Shown: positions 7,267 to 16,757, counted from the first letter of the stretch. The stretch is 36,697 bases of DNA from Nitrospirota bacterium (GCA_016180645.1 JACPAV010000038.1:1-36697); one strand, 5' to 3'. The notes: generated by a model not told the origin, from the sequence alone. Translations and numbers: made by a program.

Positions 7267-7663
7267 ATGCTATGTGGACACCTCCGCATTCATCGCCTTC
7301 CTCGACGGTTCGGACTCCTTCCACTCGTTGTTCCAGAGGCTGTTTGCCGATCCGCCCCGTCTCATAACGTCTCCCCTCGTGATCGCCGAGGGCCACGGCT
7401 GGTTCCTCCGGCGGTACGATGCCCCGCGCGCCTTGCAATTTCTCCGCTTCATCGAAGCGCTGGCGACTCTCCAGATCATGGCCGTCGGCCCGGAGGAGAT
7501 TCGCGCCGGCGAAAAGTTCCTTCGGAAATTCATGGATCAGAGAATTACACTGACCGACGCCGTGGGACTGCTGATCATGGAAAAACGCCGCCACAAGATC
7601 TGCTGGAGTTCGGACGCGCACCTCGGTCTCACCGGCGCCCGCCTGGTCATCCACTCATCGTAA
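7256..7663 (+). CDS. vapC: PIN-domain toxin (VapC family)
   Basis: YVDTSAFIA, VIAE, TLTDAV and SSDAH supply the acidic PIN motifs; 135 aa. Confidence 0.88.
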   Translation: MSDECYVDTSAFIAFLDGSDSFHSLFQRLFADPPRLITSPLVIAEGHGWFLRRYDAPRALQFLRFIEALATLQIMAVGPEEIRAGEKFLRKFMDQRITLTDAVGLLIMEKRRHKICWSSDAHLGLTGARLVIHSS

Positions 7664-7673
7664 ATCCATGCGA

Positions 7674-7762
7674 GGAAATCCGGGGACCGCCTACTCATTT
7701 CCAAATCGTTCACCTGAAGAATGGGTACACTGTCCCTGGATTTTCCTGTCCCTGGATTTCCC
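7674..7762. repeat. REP/MITE-like palindromic element, copy 2, with duplicated right arm
   Basis: 7674-7746 matches copy 1 (6928-7000) at 63 of 73 positions in direct orientation. An extra CTGTCCCTGGATTTCCC occupies 7746-7762. Confidence 0.85.
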
Positions 7763-7771
7763 CGGGGGACA

Positions 7772-8308
7772 TCAATACCGGACGATCGAGAAGGCTTTGT
7801 GGGGTTTGAGCTTGTCCCTGCCGTGGAGGAAGGTGAGTTCGATTAGGAATGCACACTCCACGACTTTTCCGCCGCTGCGCGTCACGAGTTCGATCGCGGC
7901 GCGGGCGGTCCCGCCGGTGGCCAGCACGTCATCCACAATGAGCACGCGATCTCCCGCCGAGATGGCGTCCTGGTGGATCTCGACGGTGTCTGTTCCGTAC
8001 TCCAGTTGATACTCCACCGAGTGCGTCTTGTAGGGTAGTTTGCCGCGCTTGCGCATCGGGATGATGCCGGCGCGCAGCCGGAGCGCGAGAGGTGAGGCAA
8101 AGAGGAAACCCCGCGCATCCACGGCGAGCACCAGGTCGATGCGTTTGCTCTTGTAGTGATTCGCCAGTGTGTCGATGACGCCCCTGAAGGCCCGGGTCGA
8201 TTTCAGAAGGGGAGTGATGTCCTTGAAGATGATCCCGGCCTTCGGGAAATCCGGGATGTCACGGATGTAGAGCTTGGGATCTAGGGGTCGCGGTCGTTTC
8301 CGACTCAT
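7772..8308 (-). CDS. apt: Adenine phosphoribosyltransferase
   Basis: IRDIPDFPKAGIIFKDITPLL, DARGF, YQLEYGTD and the PRPP motif VLIVDDVLATGGT. Confidence 0.97.
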   Translation of the reverse strand: MSRKRPRPLDPKLYIRDIPDFPKAGIIFKDITPLLKSTRAFRGVIDTLANHYKSKRIDLVLAVDARGFLFASPLALRLRAGIIPMRKRGKLPYKTHSVEYQLEYGTDTVEIHQDAISAGDRVLIVDDVLATGGTARAAIELVTRSGGKVVECAFLIELTFLHGRDKLKPHKAFSIVRY

Positions 8309-10242
8309 GAGGCAGCCACCTGTACCTTTCCTGAGACTTTACGGACGGAGGTGATTTCGAGAACGTGGAGTTTGTCTGAAATCCGTTTGGAGAATTCGTG
8401 GAAACGGATGCCGACTTCATAGTAGCCGGGGGCATGGTCTCCGGCTTCCTGGCACCAGACGAGTTTACCCCTGAGGGAGATCATCTTGGCGTCATGAGGC
8501 AGGAGGAGATCGCAGGAGACCTCTCGGCCCACCCGCACGCTTGAAGGAATGTACAGGTTCAAACCCGCGGGACTGATGTTCTTGAGGAGGGCTTGCCCCG
8601 GGGAAGATTGCCGGGTGGCCTGCCACACCATGCGCCCTTCGGTGGTCAGGCGCGTGTAGAGCCTTCGTTCCTGGAAGCGGACCACGCGGTTTTTCCCCGT
8701 TTGCTTGGCCTCATACATCGCGAGGTCGGCGAGGCGGATGAGCTCGTCCTTCGTGTCGGCCTTGATCTCGGGGTAGGACACGACGCCGAGGCTGATGGTT
8801 TGATGAATGGGATGCTGCTCGGTCTTGAAAATGTTCTTGTCCACCGTGCGCCGGATTCGTTCGGCGGTGATGAGCGCACCCTTGAGCGGGGTCTCCGGAA
8901 GGATGATCGCGAACTCCTCGCCGCCGTAGCGTGCGATCTGGTCCACGTCGCGAAGATTCGATTTCATGATCTTTGCCGTTTCGCGCAGAACGTGGTCGCC
9001 GGTGAGATGACCGTAGCGGTCGTTCACCTGCTTGAAGTTGTCCAGGTCGATCATGAGGAAGGACACGGGCCGCCCGTAACGCCGGGCCTTTTTGTACTCG
9101 GTGTCGAGCAGAGTATGGAGGTGTCGGTGATTGTAGGTTTCCGTGAGTCCGTCCAGGTAGGACAGGCGTTCCAGTTGCGAGTGGGAGGTCGCATTGGAAA
9201 TGGCGCTGGCCAGATGGTCCGCTACCTGACGAATGGAGCTGGTGTCCTTGTCGGTCAGATAACCTTGCGGATGGTCGTTGACGTTGAGTACGCCGATGCT
9301 GCCGATGCCGACCTGAAGGGGCACACACAGGGCGAAGGGCGACATGTATTTCTTGCGCAGCCGGCCGTGGTAGTAGGAGCTCTTGGCGAAATCGGCTTCG
9401 TAGATCGCCTGACGCTTTTGCATGGCATCGAACATCAGGTTTCCATCGGTGAAGCGAATCCGCAGGTCATCCCGAAGTTGTGGATGGTTGTGTGCGAACA
9501 GGCGGAGGATGCGGGTGTCGTGGTCGTACAGAAAGAGGGTGAAGAGGCGAATGCCGAGCACTTCGGCAAGTTGGTCCCGCACCGCCCTCCGAATTTCGTC
9601 GAGATTGAAGGAGTTGGTGTTCTGGCTGAAACGGGAGAGGAGGTCGGTGCGCATGAGATCGTCGGCCAGGGACAGCCGGTACCGTTCCGCCTGCTCTTTT
9701 TCCCGGCCGAGCTGGCCGTTCTTCTCGCGCAATTCGTCGTTGAGGATCTCCAGCTCCAAGTTGCGTTTTTCGAGGTCTCTCTTCAGTTCATTGATCCGGT
9801 CGTACGCGGTCTTGAGGGAGAGGAGGTTGCGGATGCGGAGTTCGAGGATGTTGAGGTCGAACGGTTTCTGGATATAGTCGTCCGCGCCGACTTGGAGGCT
9901 CTTCATTTTTCCCTCGGTGCCTTCGAGGCCGCTCACGAGGATGACGGGGGTGTAGTGCTCCTCTTTTCCGCGCACCCAGTCGCAGAGCTTGTAGCCGGAG
10001 AAATCGCCGAGGATGGCGTCCAGCACCAGAATATCGACGGACTCCTTCTTCAGCATGGAGAGAGCCGTCTTGCCGGAGTCTGCTGTGATGACGTGATACT
10101 CCCTGGAGGAGAGATAGTCGACGACAAGTTTTGAGAACGCGGGATCGTCGTCGACCACGAGGATGGCGGGCCGCTTTTCCGGCGTAACGGCGGCCTCGCG
10201 GTCGCAATCCGAAACCGGGCCGTCCTGTTCGGGGTCTATCAT
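8305..10242 (-). CDS. Diguanylate cyclase, REC-coiled coil-GAF-GGDEF-PilZ
   Basis: REC (ILVVDDD...VLD...KPF), GAF (LCVPL..G...IGVLNV), GGEEF with an RDVD I-site, and a C-terminal RRLYTR...NISPAG PilZ signature. Confidence 0.9.
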   Translation of the reverse strand: MIDPEQDGPVSDCDREAAVTPEKRPAILVVDDDPAFSKLVVDYLSSREYHVITADSGKTALSMLKKESVDILVLDAILGDFSGYKLCDWVRGKEEHYTPVILVSGLEGTEGKMKSLQVGADDYIQKPFDLNILELRIRNLLSLKTAYDRINELKRDLEKRNLELEILNDELREKNGQLGREKEQAERYRLSLADDLMRTDLLSRFSQNTNSFNLDEIRRAVRDQLAEVLGIRLFTLFLYDHDTRILRLFAHNHPQLRDDLRIRFTDGNLMFDAMQKRQAIYEADFAKSSYYHGRLRKKYMSPFALCVPLQVGIGSIGVLNVNDHPQGYLTDKDTSSIRQVADHLASAISNATSHSQLERLSYLDGLTETYNHRHLHTLLDTEYKKARRYGRPVSFLMIDLDNFKQVNDRYGHLTGDHVLRETAKIMKSNLRDVDQIARYGGEEFAIILPETPLKGALITAERIRRTVDKNIFKTEQHPIHQTISLGVVSYPEIKADTKDELIRLADLAMYEAKQTGKNRVVRFQERRLYTRLTTEGRMVWQATRQSSPGQALLKNISPAGLNLYIPSSVRVGREVSCDLLLPHDAKMISLRGKLVWCQEAGDHAPGYYEVGIRFHEFSKRISDKLHVLEITSVRKVSGKVQVAAS

Positions 10243-11207
10243 GACCTCCCCATCCCAGGGACATGCCCCATTTGGCGGAACTTTTCAAGACGCTGCTGGA
10301 CCAGGAGGTCGGGATCGAGGCCGGCGAGTGCGTCGAGATGCGTGACGATCGCGGCCTTGAGCTCCCGCGCCATCCGGGTTGGATCGCGATGCGCGCCTCC
10401 GGTGGGCTCCGTCAGGATCTGGTTGGTCACGCCCAGCCGGAGGAGATCCTGCGCGGTCAGTCGGAGTTCTTCCGCCGCGCGTTGCGGGTTCTCGCCGTTC
10501 TTCCAGAGAATCGCCACGCAGGCTTCGGGCGAGATCACCGAATAGACCGAATGCTCGAGCATGATCAGGCGGTCGGCCACCGCGATGGCCAAGGCGCCAC
10601 CGCTTCCTCCCTCGCCGATGATCGCGGTCACGATGGGAACTTTGAGAAGAAACATGTCGCGGATATTATGGGCGATCGCTTCGGCTTGTCCCCGTTCTTC
10701 GGCTTCGATCCCCGGATAGGCTCCAGGGGTGTCCACCAGCGTGACGATGGGTTTGCGAAAGCGTTCGGCCATTCGAAAGAGCCGCAGGGCCTTTCGATAT
10801 CCTTCGGGCTGACTCATTCCGAAATTGCGGTGGACGCGCTCCTTCGTGCTTTTTCCCTTGGAATGTCCGAGAACGAGGACCTTGTGGCTCCCCAGCCGGG
10901 CGAACCCACCGACGATGGACGGATCCTCACCGAACGAGCGGTCGCCATGAAGCTCCATGAACTCTTCGCACATGTCCCTGAGATAGTCGGGGGACTGGGG
11001 CCGGTCCGGATGGCGCGCCACGAGAGTCTTTTGCCAGGGAGTGAGCCGGCCGTAGGTCTCGGCCAGGGCTTTGTGGAGGCGGTCGCGCAGTTTCTGGACT
11101 TCCCGCGGGGCGGCGGTCGGGTGGCCGGGAACGCTCAACTCCAACTCTTGGAGTTCGCGTTCCGCTTCTTCGATGTCCTGTTCAAACGGAAGGTAGTGTT
11201 GAACCAT
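10239..11207 (-). CDS. accA: Acetyl-CoA carboxylase carboxyltransferase alpha subunit
   Basis: ARHPDRP, ELHGDR, NFGM..PEGYRKALR, DTPGAYPG..AEERGQ, GEGGSGGALA. Confidence 0.97.
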   Translation of the reverse strand: MVQHYLPFEQDIEEAERELQELELSVPGHPTAAPREVQKLRDRLHKALAETYGRLTPWQKTLVARHPDRPQSPDYLRDMCEEFMELHGDRSFGEDPSIVGGFARLGSHKVLVLGHSKGKSTKERVHRNFGMSQPEGYRKALRLFRMAERFRKPIVTLVDTPGAYPGIEAEERGQAEAIAHNIRDMFLLKVPIVTAIIGEGGSGGALAIAVADRLIMLEHSVYSVISPEACVAILWKNGENPQRAAEELRLTAQDLLRLGVTNQILTEPTGGAHRDPTRMARELKAAIVTHLDALAGLDPDLLVQQRLEKFRQMGHVPGMGRS

Positions 11208-12183
11208 GCTTTTCCAGGAAAAGTCTTGCCTCCCCGAGGATTACATCATACCTGTCGGGAGATATCCAATTCGCGCCTTTTTCCTTTCGATACCAGGTGG
11301 TCTGTCGGCGGGCGAATTCGGAGGTCTCCTTTTGGATGAGGGAAACGGCTTCCTCCAAAGAGAGATCTCCCCGGCAGACTCGAAGAAGCTGCGCGTAGCC
11401 GATGGAGTGGAGCGGACGGCATCGCTCGTCATAGCCGCGATTCAGGAGTTCTTGCACTTCCTCCACCCATCCCTCGCTCAGCATGTGCTCCACCCGGCGG
11501 TCAATCCGCTTCCTGAGTTCCTCCCGCGGGACTTGGAGAACGAACAGCCGGGGATCGAAGGGGTGTTCGGCGAATCGGTGGTCCTCCCGCCATGCGGAAA
11601 TGGGACGACCCGTGGAGAGCCAGACTTCAAGGGCGCGAACGAGGCGTTGTGAGTCGTTCGGATGAAGCTTCCCCGCGGTGGCGGGATCGGCAACCCGCAG
11701 TTCCGCATAAAGGGAAGCGGAGCCTTCGGCCTTGAGACGTGACTCCAGTCGGGCGCGAATCTCCGGGTCGCGTCCCGCGCCTTCGAACAGGCCGTAGAGC
11801 AGCGAGCGGATGTAAAAGCCCGTCCCCCCAACCACGATGGCCGAATGGCCCCTGTCCAGAATGGATCGAATGGCCTCCGCAGCGAGGCGGCGAAACTGCT
11901 GGGCATCGAACGGTTCGTCGGGGTTCCGGATATCGAGCAGATGGTACGATCGCTCGCTTCGCAGTCCGGACGAAGGTTTGCCCGTTCCCACATTGACGTG
12001 CCGATAGATCTGGACCGAGTCGGCGTTGACCAGCTCTCCATCGAGATCGAGGGCCAGGCGATGGGCGATGGCCGTCTTGCCGGTGGCGGTGGGCCCCGTG
12101 ACGACAATGATCCGTGGCGCTCGGTTTGCGATCCGGTCTTCTATGGCCGGGTCACCAGGTTGCGAGGGCCGCAACTCTTCCAT
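11182..12183 (-). CDS. miaA: tRNA dimethylallyltransferase
   Basis: GPTATGKT, NADSVQIY, GTGKP, VGGTGFY, SIGY, FARRQTTW. The start is probably ATG 12183, just after the mutL stop. Confidence 0.95.
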   Translation of the reverse strand: MEELRPSQPGDPAIEDRIANRAPRIIVVTGPTATGKTAIAHRLALDLDGELVNADSVQIYRHVNVGTGKPSSGLRSERSYHLLDIRNPDEPFDAQQFRRLAAEAIRSILDRGHSAIVVGGTGFYIRSLLYGLFEGAGRDPEIRARLESRLKAEGSASLYAELRVADPATAGKLHPNDSQRLVRALEVWLSTGRPISAWREDHRFAEHPFDPRLFVLQVPREELRKRIDRRVEHMLSEGWVEEVQELLNRGYDERCRPLHSIGYAQLLRVCRGDLSLEEAVSLIQKETSEFARRQTTWYRKEKGANWISPDRYDVILGEARLFLEKHGSTLPSV

Positions 12184-12191
12184 CCGCGGGG

Positions 12192-13964
12192 CTATTTTCT
12201 TTTGAATGCTTTTTCCAGTGCGTCGAACGTCCATTCGAGGAGAACCGGGCGTCCGTGTGGGCAGGTGTAGGCCGACGGGGAGGAGTAGGTTTGCGCGACG
12301 AGCGATTCCAGCTCGGCCGGGTTCAGCTCATCTCCGGCTTTTACGGCGGCGCGGCACGCGATGAGATCCAGGAGGTGCTCGCGGGGATCTCCCGTCTTGT
12401 CGCCCGGCGCATCGCTCCACTCGCGAAGGAGATCGCGCAGAAAGGATTCCGCGTGGGGGACGTTCAATCCGGAAGGAATCGACTTGATGGCAAAAGCCGA
12501 GCCCATGGGCTCGATGTCCATTCCGGCGCCGTCCAGCATCGGGATGAGTTCGTGGAGGATCACGGCTTCCTGGGGCGCGGCCTTGAAAATCTCCGGCATC
12601 AGGAGCGCCTGATGAGTCACGCCTCCGTTCTGAAGCTGTCCCTTCAGCTTCTCGAAAAGGACGCGCTCGTGCGCCGTATGTTGGTCGATCACCAGGAGGC
12701 CCTGTGGACCTTCGCAGAGGATGAACGTGTTGCGCACTTGCCCCAGAACCACGGGGAGGAGGGCAGACTCCATGCCCTGAGGGGAGGTGGGCGAAACTCG
12801 ATCGGTGGATCCCATCGACGTGGCGTCCGACGCCACCGGTGCATTCGCGTCGGCTGCGGGACCTGCGAAAGTGGGGGCCTGCGGAACCGAGGCGTGGTGA
12901 AGGAGCGGCAAGGAGGGTGCGGGGGGCGCGGGTGTCACCTCCGCTCCTGGGGCGAGAGGGGAAGGGGAGAAGAGCCGCGGTCCCAGCGCTTCGAGGGTGG
13001 CGGTGCGGACGACGCGATAGATTTCCGAAGTGTCTCTGAATCGAACTTCGATCTTCTGCGGGTGCACGTTCACATCCACCAGTTTGGGATCGATGTCGAG
13101 CATGAGTACGCCGATAGGGAATCGCCCCGGCGGAATCGCCTGGGAAAAGGCGTCGCAAACGGCGTGCACGAGAACCCGGTCGCGGAAGTATCGCCCGTTG
13201 ACATAAAGATATAGGCCCGCGGAATTCGGCCAGTGAAGGAGCGGACTTCCGGCGAAGCCCCCAACCTTCAAGGGCCCTTCCTCGTGATCCAGCTTGAGGA
13301 GCTTGTCTTCCACTCGCTCTCCGAGCACGTCCGCCGCGCGCCTCGCCTGGGAGGCCCGGGGAAAATCGAGCAGGGAGCGGTCTTGATGGTTGACGCGAAA
13401 CTCCACGTCGGGCCGGGCCAGCGCCAGACGGGAGACGATCTGGGCGCAGGCCCCAAGCTCGGAGCGTTCCGATTTCATGAATTTGCGGCGGGCGGGCGTG
13501 TTGAAAAAGAGATCAGCCGCGGTGATCCAGGTTCCTTGCGGCATGGCGGTAGGTTCTTCCGCGACGACTTTCGGCCCTTCCACCGAGAATCGGAAGCCTT
13601 CGTTGGCGTCGGCTGGCCGTGTGCGAAGGGTGAGGCGGGATACAGCGGCGATGCTGGGAAGCGCTTCTCCGCGGAAGCCGAGCGTGCGCACCGCGAAGAG
13701 ATCATCTTCGCTGGAGATCTTACTCGTGGCATGCCTCTCGATGGCCAGCTTGGCGTCGGCGGGAGTCATGCCGATTCCGTCGTCACGGACCTCGATGGTT
13801 CGGAGGCCGCCGGCTTCGAGTCGGACGTCGATCGATTTCGCCATGGCGTCGAGCGCATTTTCGACCAATTCCTTCACGACCGATGCGGGCCGCTCCACCA
13901 CTTCGCCCGCGGCGATCTTCGCGATGAGCTCTTCCGGCAGCCGCCTGATCTTTCCCTCGGTCAA
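12192..13964 (-). CDS. mutL: DNA mismatch repair endonuclease MutL
   Basis: IAAGEVVERPASVVKELVENALDA, HATSKI, GFRGEAL, DVNVHP.K, DQHTAHER and CPHGRP. Confidence 0.97.
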   Translation of the reverse strand: MTEGKIRRLPEELIAKIAAGEVVERPASVVKELVENALDAMAKSIDVRLEAGGLRTIEVRDDGIGMTPADAKLAIERHATSKISSEDDLFAVRTLGFRGEALPSIAAVSRLTLRTRPADANEGFRFSVEGPKVVAEEPTAMPQGTWITAADLFFNTPARRKFMKSERSELGACAQIVSRLALARPDVEFRVNHQDRSLLDFPRASQARRAADVLGERVEDKLLKLDHEEGPLKVGGFAGSPLLHWPNSAGLYLYVNGRYFRDRVLVHAVCDAFSQAIPPGRFPIGVLMLDIDPKLVDVNVHPQKIEVRFRDTSEIYRVVRTATLEALGPRLFSPSPLAPGAEVTPAPPAPSLPLLHHASVPQAPTFAGPAADANAPVASDATSMGSTDRVSPTSPQGMESALLPVVLGQVRNTFILCEGPQGLLVIDQHTAHERVLFEKLKGQLQNGGVTHQALLMPEIFKAAPQEAVILHELIPMLDGAGMDIEPMGSAFAIKSIPSGLNVPHAESFLRDLLREWSDAPGDKTGDPREHLLDLIACRAAVKAGDELNPAELESLVAQTYSSPSAYTCPHGRPVLLEWTFDALEKAFKRK

Positions 13965-15262
13965 ATCCCGAGCCTCTTCATCAAGTGTGGAACGAGGTCG
14001 TCCTTGAGTACTTCCTCCTGTTTGGACGCTTTCATGTCCCGGACGATGACCCTCCCGTTCTTCATCTCCTCATCGCCGAGGATGACGGTGTACTCGCATC
14101 CCAGAGATTGTGCCTCGTCAAGCTGGCGCCTGAACTTGCGGTCCTCCAGGTCGAGTCTGATTCGGACTGGCTTCGGGGATTCGGCGAAGTGCCTTCGGAG
14201 GCGTTCAGCCAAATCGGATGCCTGGGTCCGCATCGCATCGCTGGTGGCGCCGATGTACAAACGGGGGGTTTGGGGTGATTCCCTCGGAGAGACGAGCATC
14301 GCCAGCCGTTCGACGCCGATCGCGAAGCCGAGTGCGGGGGTGGATGGACCTCCCAGCGCCTCGACCAACCCGTCATACCGGCCTCCCGCGGCCACGGCGT
14401 TTTGAGATCCGAGGCCATCCTCGGCCGCGACTTCGAAGACGGTACGCGTGTAGTAGTCGAGGCCGCGGACGAGCCAATTGTTCCAGGTCGGTGTAATCTT
14501 CAATTCCTCCAGACCCCCGTTGAGGCCGTCGACTTTCGCTCTGCACGGGTCACACCAAAAGGTCGTCAAATTGGGCGCATCGATAAGGACTTTTCGGCAG
14601 CCCTCATTCTTGCAGTCCAGGACGCGCATCGGATTGGAGGCGAGCCTCCTGCGGCAATCCTCGCAAAGGGCGTCCCGCTGGGCCTGAAGAAAGCCCAACA
14701 GTTCCCGCGTAAAGTTGGGCCGGCAGACGGGGCAGCCAAGCGAATTGACCACGAGCCTTAGGCGTGCGCCATCGGCAACCGACCTAAGGAACGCCCACAA
14801 CATTGCGATGACTTCCACGTCCGCACGGACATTTCCCACACCGAACATTTCGGCGCCGATCTGATGGAACTGGCGATAGCGTCCCTTCTGCGGCCGTTCA
14901 TTCCGGAACATCGGCCCCGTGTAGTAGAGTCGTTGGATCGGATTCGACATGTGGAGGCCGTTCTTGATGTAGGCGCGCACCGCGGACGCCGTCCCTTCAG
15001 GTCTCAAACACGATTCCCGGGCGCCGGTGTCCTCATGTCCATCGGTCACGAAGAACATTTCTTTCTCGACAATGTCGGTGGTGCCGCCGACGCTTCGAAC
15101 AAACAGCTCGGCCGGTTCTACAATGGGTAAGATGATGGGACGGTAGTCATACGCCTTAAAGGTTTTCCGGGCCGAATCTACCAGTCTGTCCATTCGCTCG
15201 GCTTCCTCTCCAAGGATGTCGCGGAACCCTCGCTCGGTCTCCACATCGGGTTTCATGCTCAT
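13961..15262 (-). CDS. hisS: Histidine--tRNA ligase
   Basis: RGFRD, DIVEKEMF, LRPEGTA, GPMFRNERPQKGRYRQFHQIGAE, LVRGLDYY, GGRYDGL. The likely start is 15262 or 15256. Confidence 0.96.
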   Translation of the reverse strand: MSMKPDVETERGFRDILGEEAERMDRLVDSARKTFKAYDYRPIILPIVEPAELFVRSVGGTTDIVEKEMFFVTDGHEDTGARESCLRPEGTASAVRAYIKNGLHMSNPIQRLYYTGPMFRNERPQKGRYRQFHQIGAEMFGVGNVRADVEVIAMLWAFLRSVADGARLRLVVNSLGCPVCRPNFTRELLGFLQAQRDALCEDCRRRLASNPMRVLDCKNEGCRKVLIDAPNLTTFWCDPCRAKVDGLNGGLEELKITPTWNNWLVRGLDYYTRTVFEVAAEDGLGSQNAVAAGGRYDGLVEALGGPSTPALGFAIGVERLAMLVSPRESPQTPRLYIGATSDAMRTQASDLAERLRRHFAESPKPVRIRLDLEDRKFRRQLDEAQSLGCEYTVILGDEEMKNGRVIVRDMKASKQEEVLKDDLVPHLMKRLGI

Positions 15263-15272
15263 GGGGCTGACT

Positions 15273-16670
15273 TTATTCCGCGGTGAGTTCGGACGCAAGA
15301 TACACCATGTTCCGGCCGCGGGACTTGGCTTTGAACATGGCTTTGTCGGCGTAATCGAGAAGCGTCTGTTTCGTCGTCCCGTCCGAAGGAAAACACGCCA
15401 CGCCGATGGAGACGGAAGTCCGCAGGGATAGCCGTTCACGCGCAAGGAACTCATGGGACGCGACGCGCTCCCGGAGGCGTTCGGCCACGCGGATGGAGTT
15501 ATCCCGGCCCGTCCCCGTGAGCAGGGCGGTGAATTCGTCGCCTCCGTAGTGAACCATCACGTCCGATTCGCGGAGCGCGGCCTTGAGCACCCGGCCCAGC
15601 TCAATGAGCACTTTTCGCGCGGCGAGGTGGCCGTGAGCATCGACCACGGACTTGAACCGGTCGATATCGATAAAGAGAAGCCCGAATTCCAGCCCGTTCG
15701 CCTGTGAGCGGGGAATCTCACGGTCGATCACCGTATTCAGGTACCGGTCGTTGTGCAAGCCCGTGAGGTCGTCGACGAAACTCAAGGCCTGGACATCCTT
15801 GAAACGCTCCGCGTTCTCCGCCGCGAAGGCGATCTGGTCCCGCAGGAAGACGATGCGGAGCAGATCCTCCGACGTGAATTCGCCCGACGCGCGACCCACC
15901 CAGAGGGCGTGAAACCGATGGGCGGCGCCATAGAGCAGCACGCTGACGCACTTGAATCGGCGACCCGCGAGCGTGACCGCGCGTTTTTCCGGGGGCGCGA
16001 GTGACGGGGGGGGGGAAGCGGCGGCGGCCGCAGCCATCGTTTTCTGCATGTCCGGGTCGAGTCCGCTCGCCCCCGCGATTTCCATGCCTTCGGCATTGCC
16101 TGCCGTAACGGCTGTGAAATCGCAGGCCACGATCTGGCTCGCGACTTCCGCGGCCCGGCGATAGAGCTGATCCGGTTCCAACAGCGCGGTCAGGCTCCGC
16201 GTCCTCTCCAGGAGGTCCAGATGGCTCCGCAGAACACGGTCCTTCTCGATGGATTCGCGGCGCCGGAGGCATCGCCGCACCGTCAGGATCAATTCATTCG
16301 GTCCGAAGGGTTTCAGAAGGACGTCGCCTACCCCGACCCTCAGAGCACGGACGAGCAGTTCGACCGAGACGTTGCGCGCGGTCACGATCACCTGGCCGAG
16401 CGGGTCGGTCTGCCGCGCCTCCTGCAGGAATTGAACGCCGGGCATGCCCGGCATGATGAGGTCGGCGATGATGATGATCCCGGAGCGCCCACGCAGCCAT
16501 TCGAGTGCGGCCTCCGGGTCGGAGAAAAACTCGGTGGCCAGCCCTTCGGTGGACAGAATGTCACGGACCTGTTTCCGATAGCCTGCGTCGTCTTCGATGA
16601 TGCAGAGCGGAGAGAGGGCGGATGGAGTGGCCACGGCCCGGATTCTATCGATTCGGACCCCGCCCCTCAA
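15273..16670 (-). CDS. Response-regulator diguanylate cyclase (REC-GAF-like-GGDEF)
   Basis: REC (IIEDD...ADLIMPGMPG...KPF), DDLTGL, DIDRFK, RESD I-site and YGGDEF. Start codon uncertain. Confidence 0.88.
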   Translation of the reverse strand: MRGGVRIDRIRAVATPSALSPLCIIEDDAGYRKQVRDILSTEGLATEFFSDPEAALEWLRGRSGIIIIADLIMPGMPGVQFLQEARQTDPLGQVIVTARNVSVELLVRALRVGVGDVLLKPFGPNELILTVRRCLRRRESIEKDRVLRSHLDLLERTRSLTALLEPDQLYRRAAEVASQIVACDFTAVTAGNAEGMEIAGASGLDPDMQKTMAAAAAASPPPSLAPPEKRAVTLAGRRFKCVSVLLYGAAHRFHALWVGRASGEFTSEDLLRIVFLRDQIAFAAENAERFKDVQALSFVDDLTGLHNDRYLNTVIDREIPRSQANGLEFGLLFIDIDRFKSVVDAHGHLAARKVLIELGRVLKAALRESDVMVHYGGDEFTALLTGTGRDNSIRVAERLRERVASHEFLARERLSLRTSVSIGVACFPSDGTTKQTLLDYADKAMFKAKSRGRNMVYLASELTAE

Positions 16671-16757
16671 GCGAGGAGATCACGGGGGATGCCGAGTGCG
16701 TGAAGCAGCCAGTGGTTTCGGCTTGTTAACCCAGGGACGCTGTGATACTTTTCCGGT

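Noticed and set aside
15263-15454. N-terminal extension of hisS in the ORF track
   Set aside because: It overlaps the upstream GGDEF gene; HisS homology starts near the RGFRD motif.
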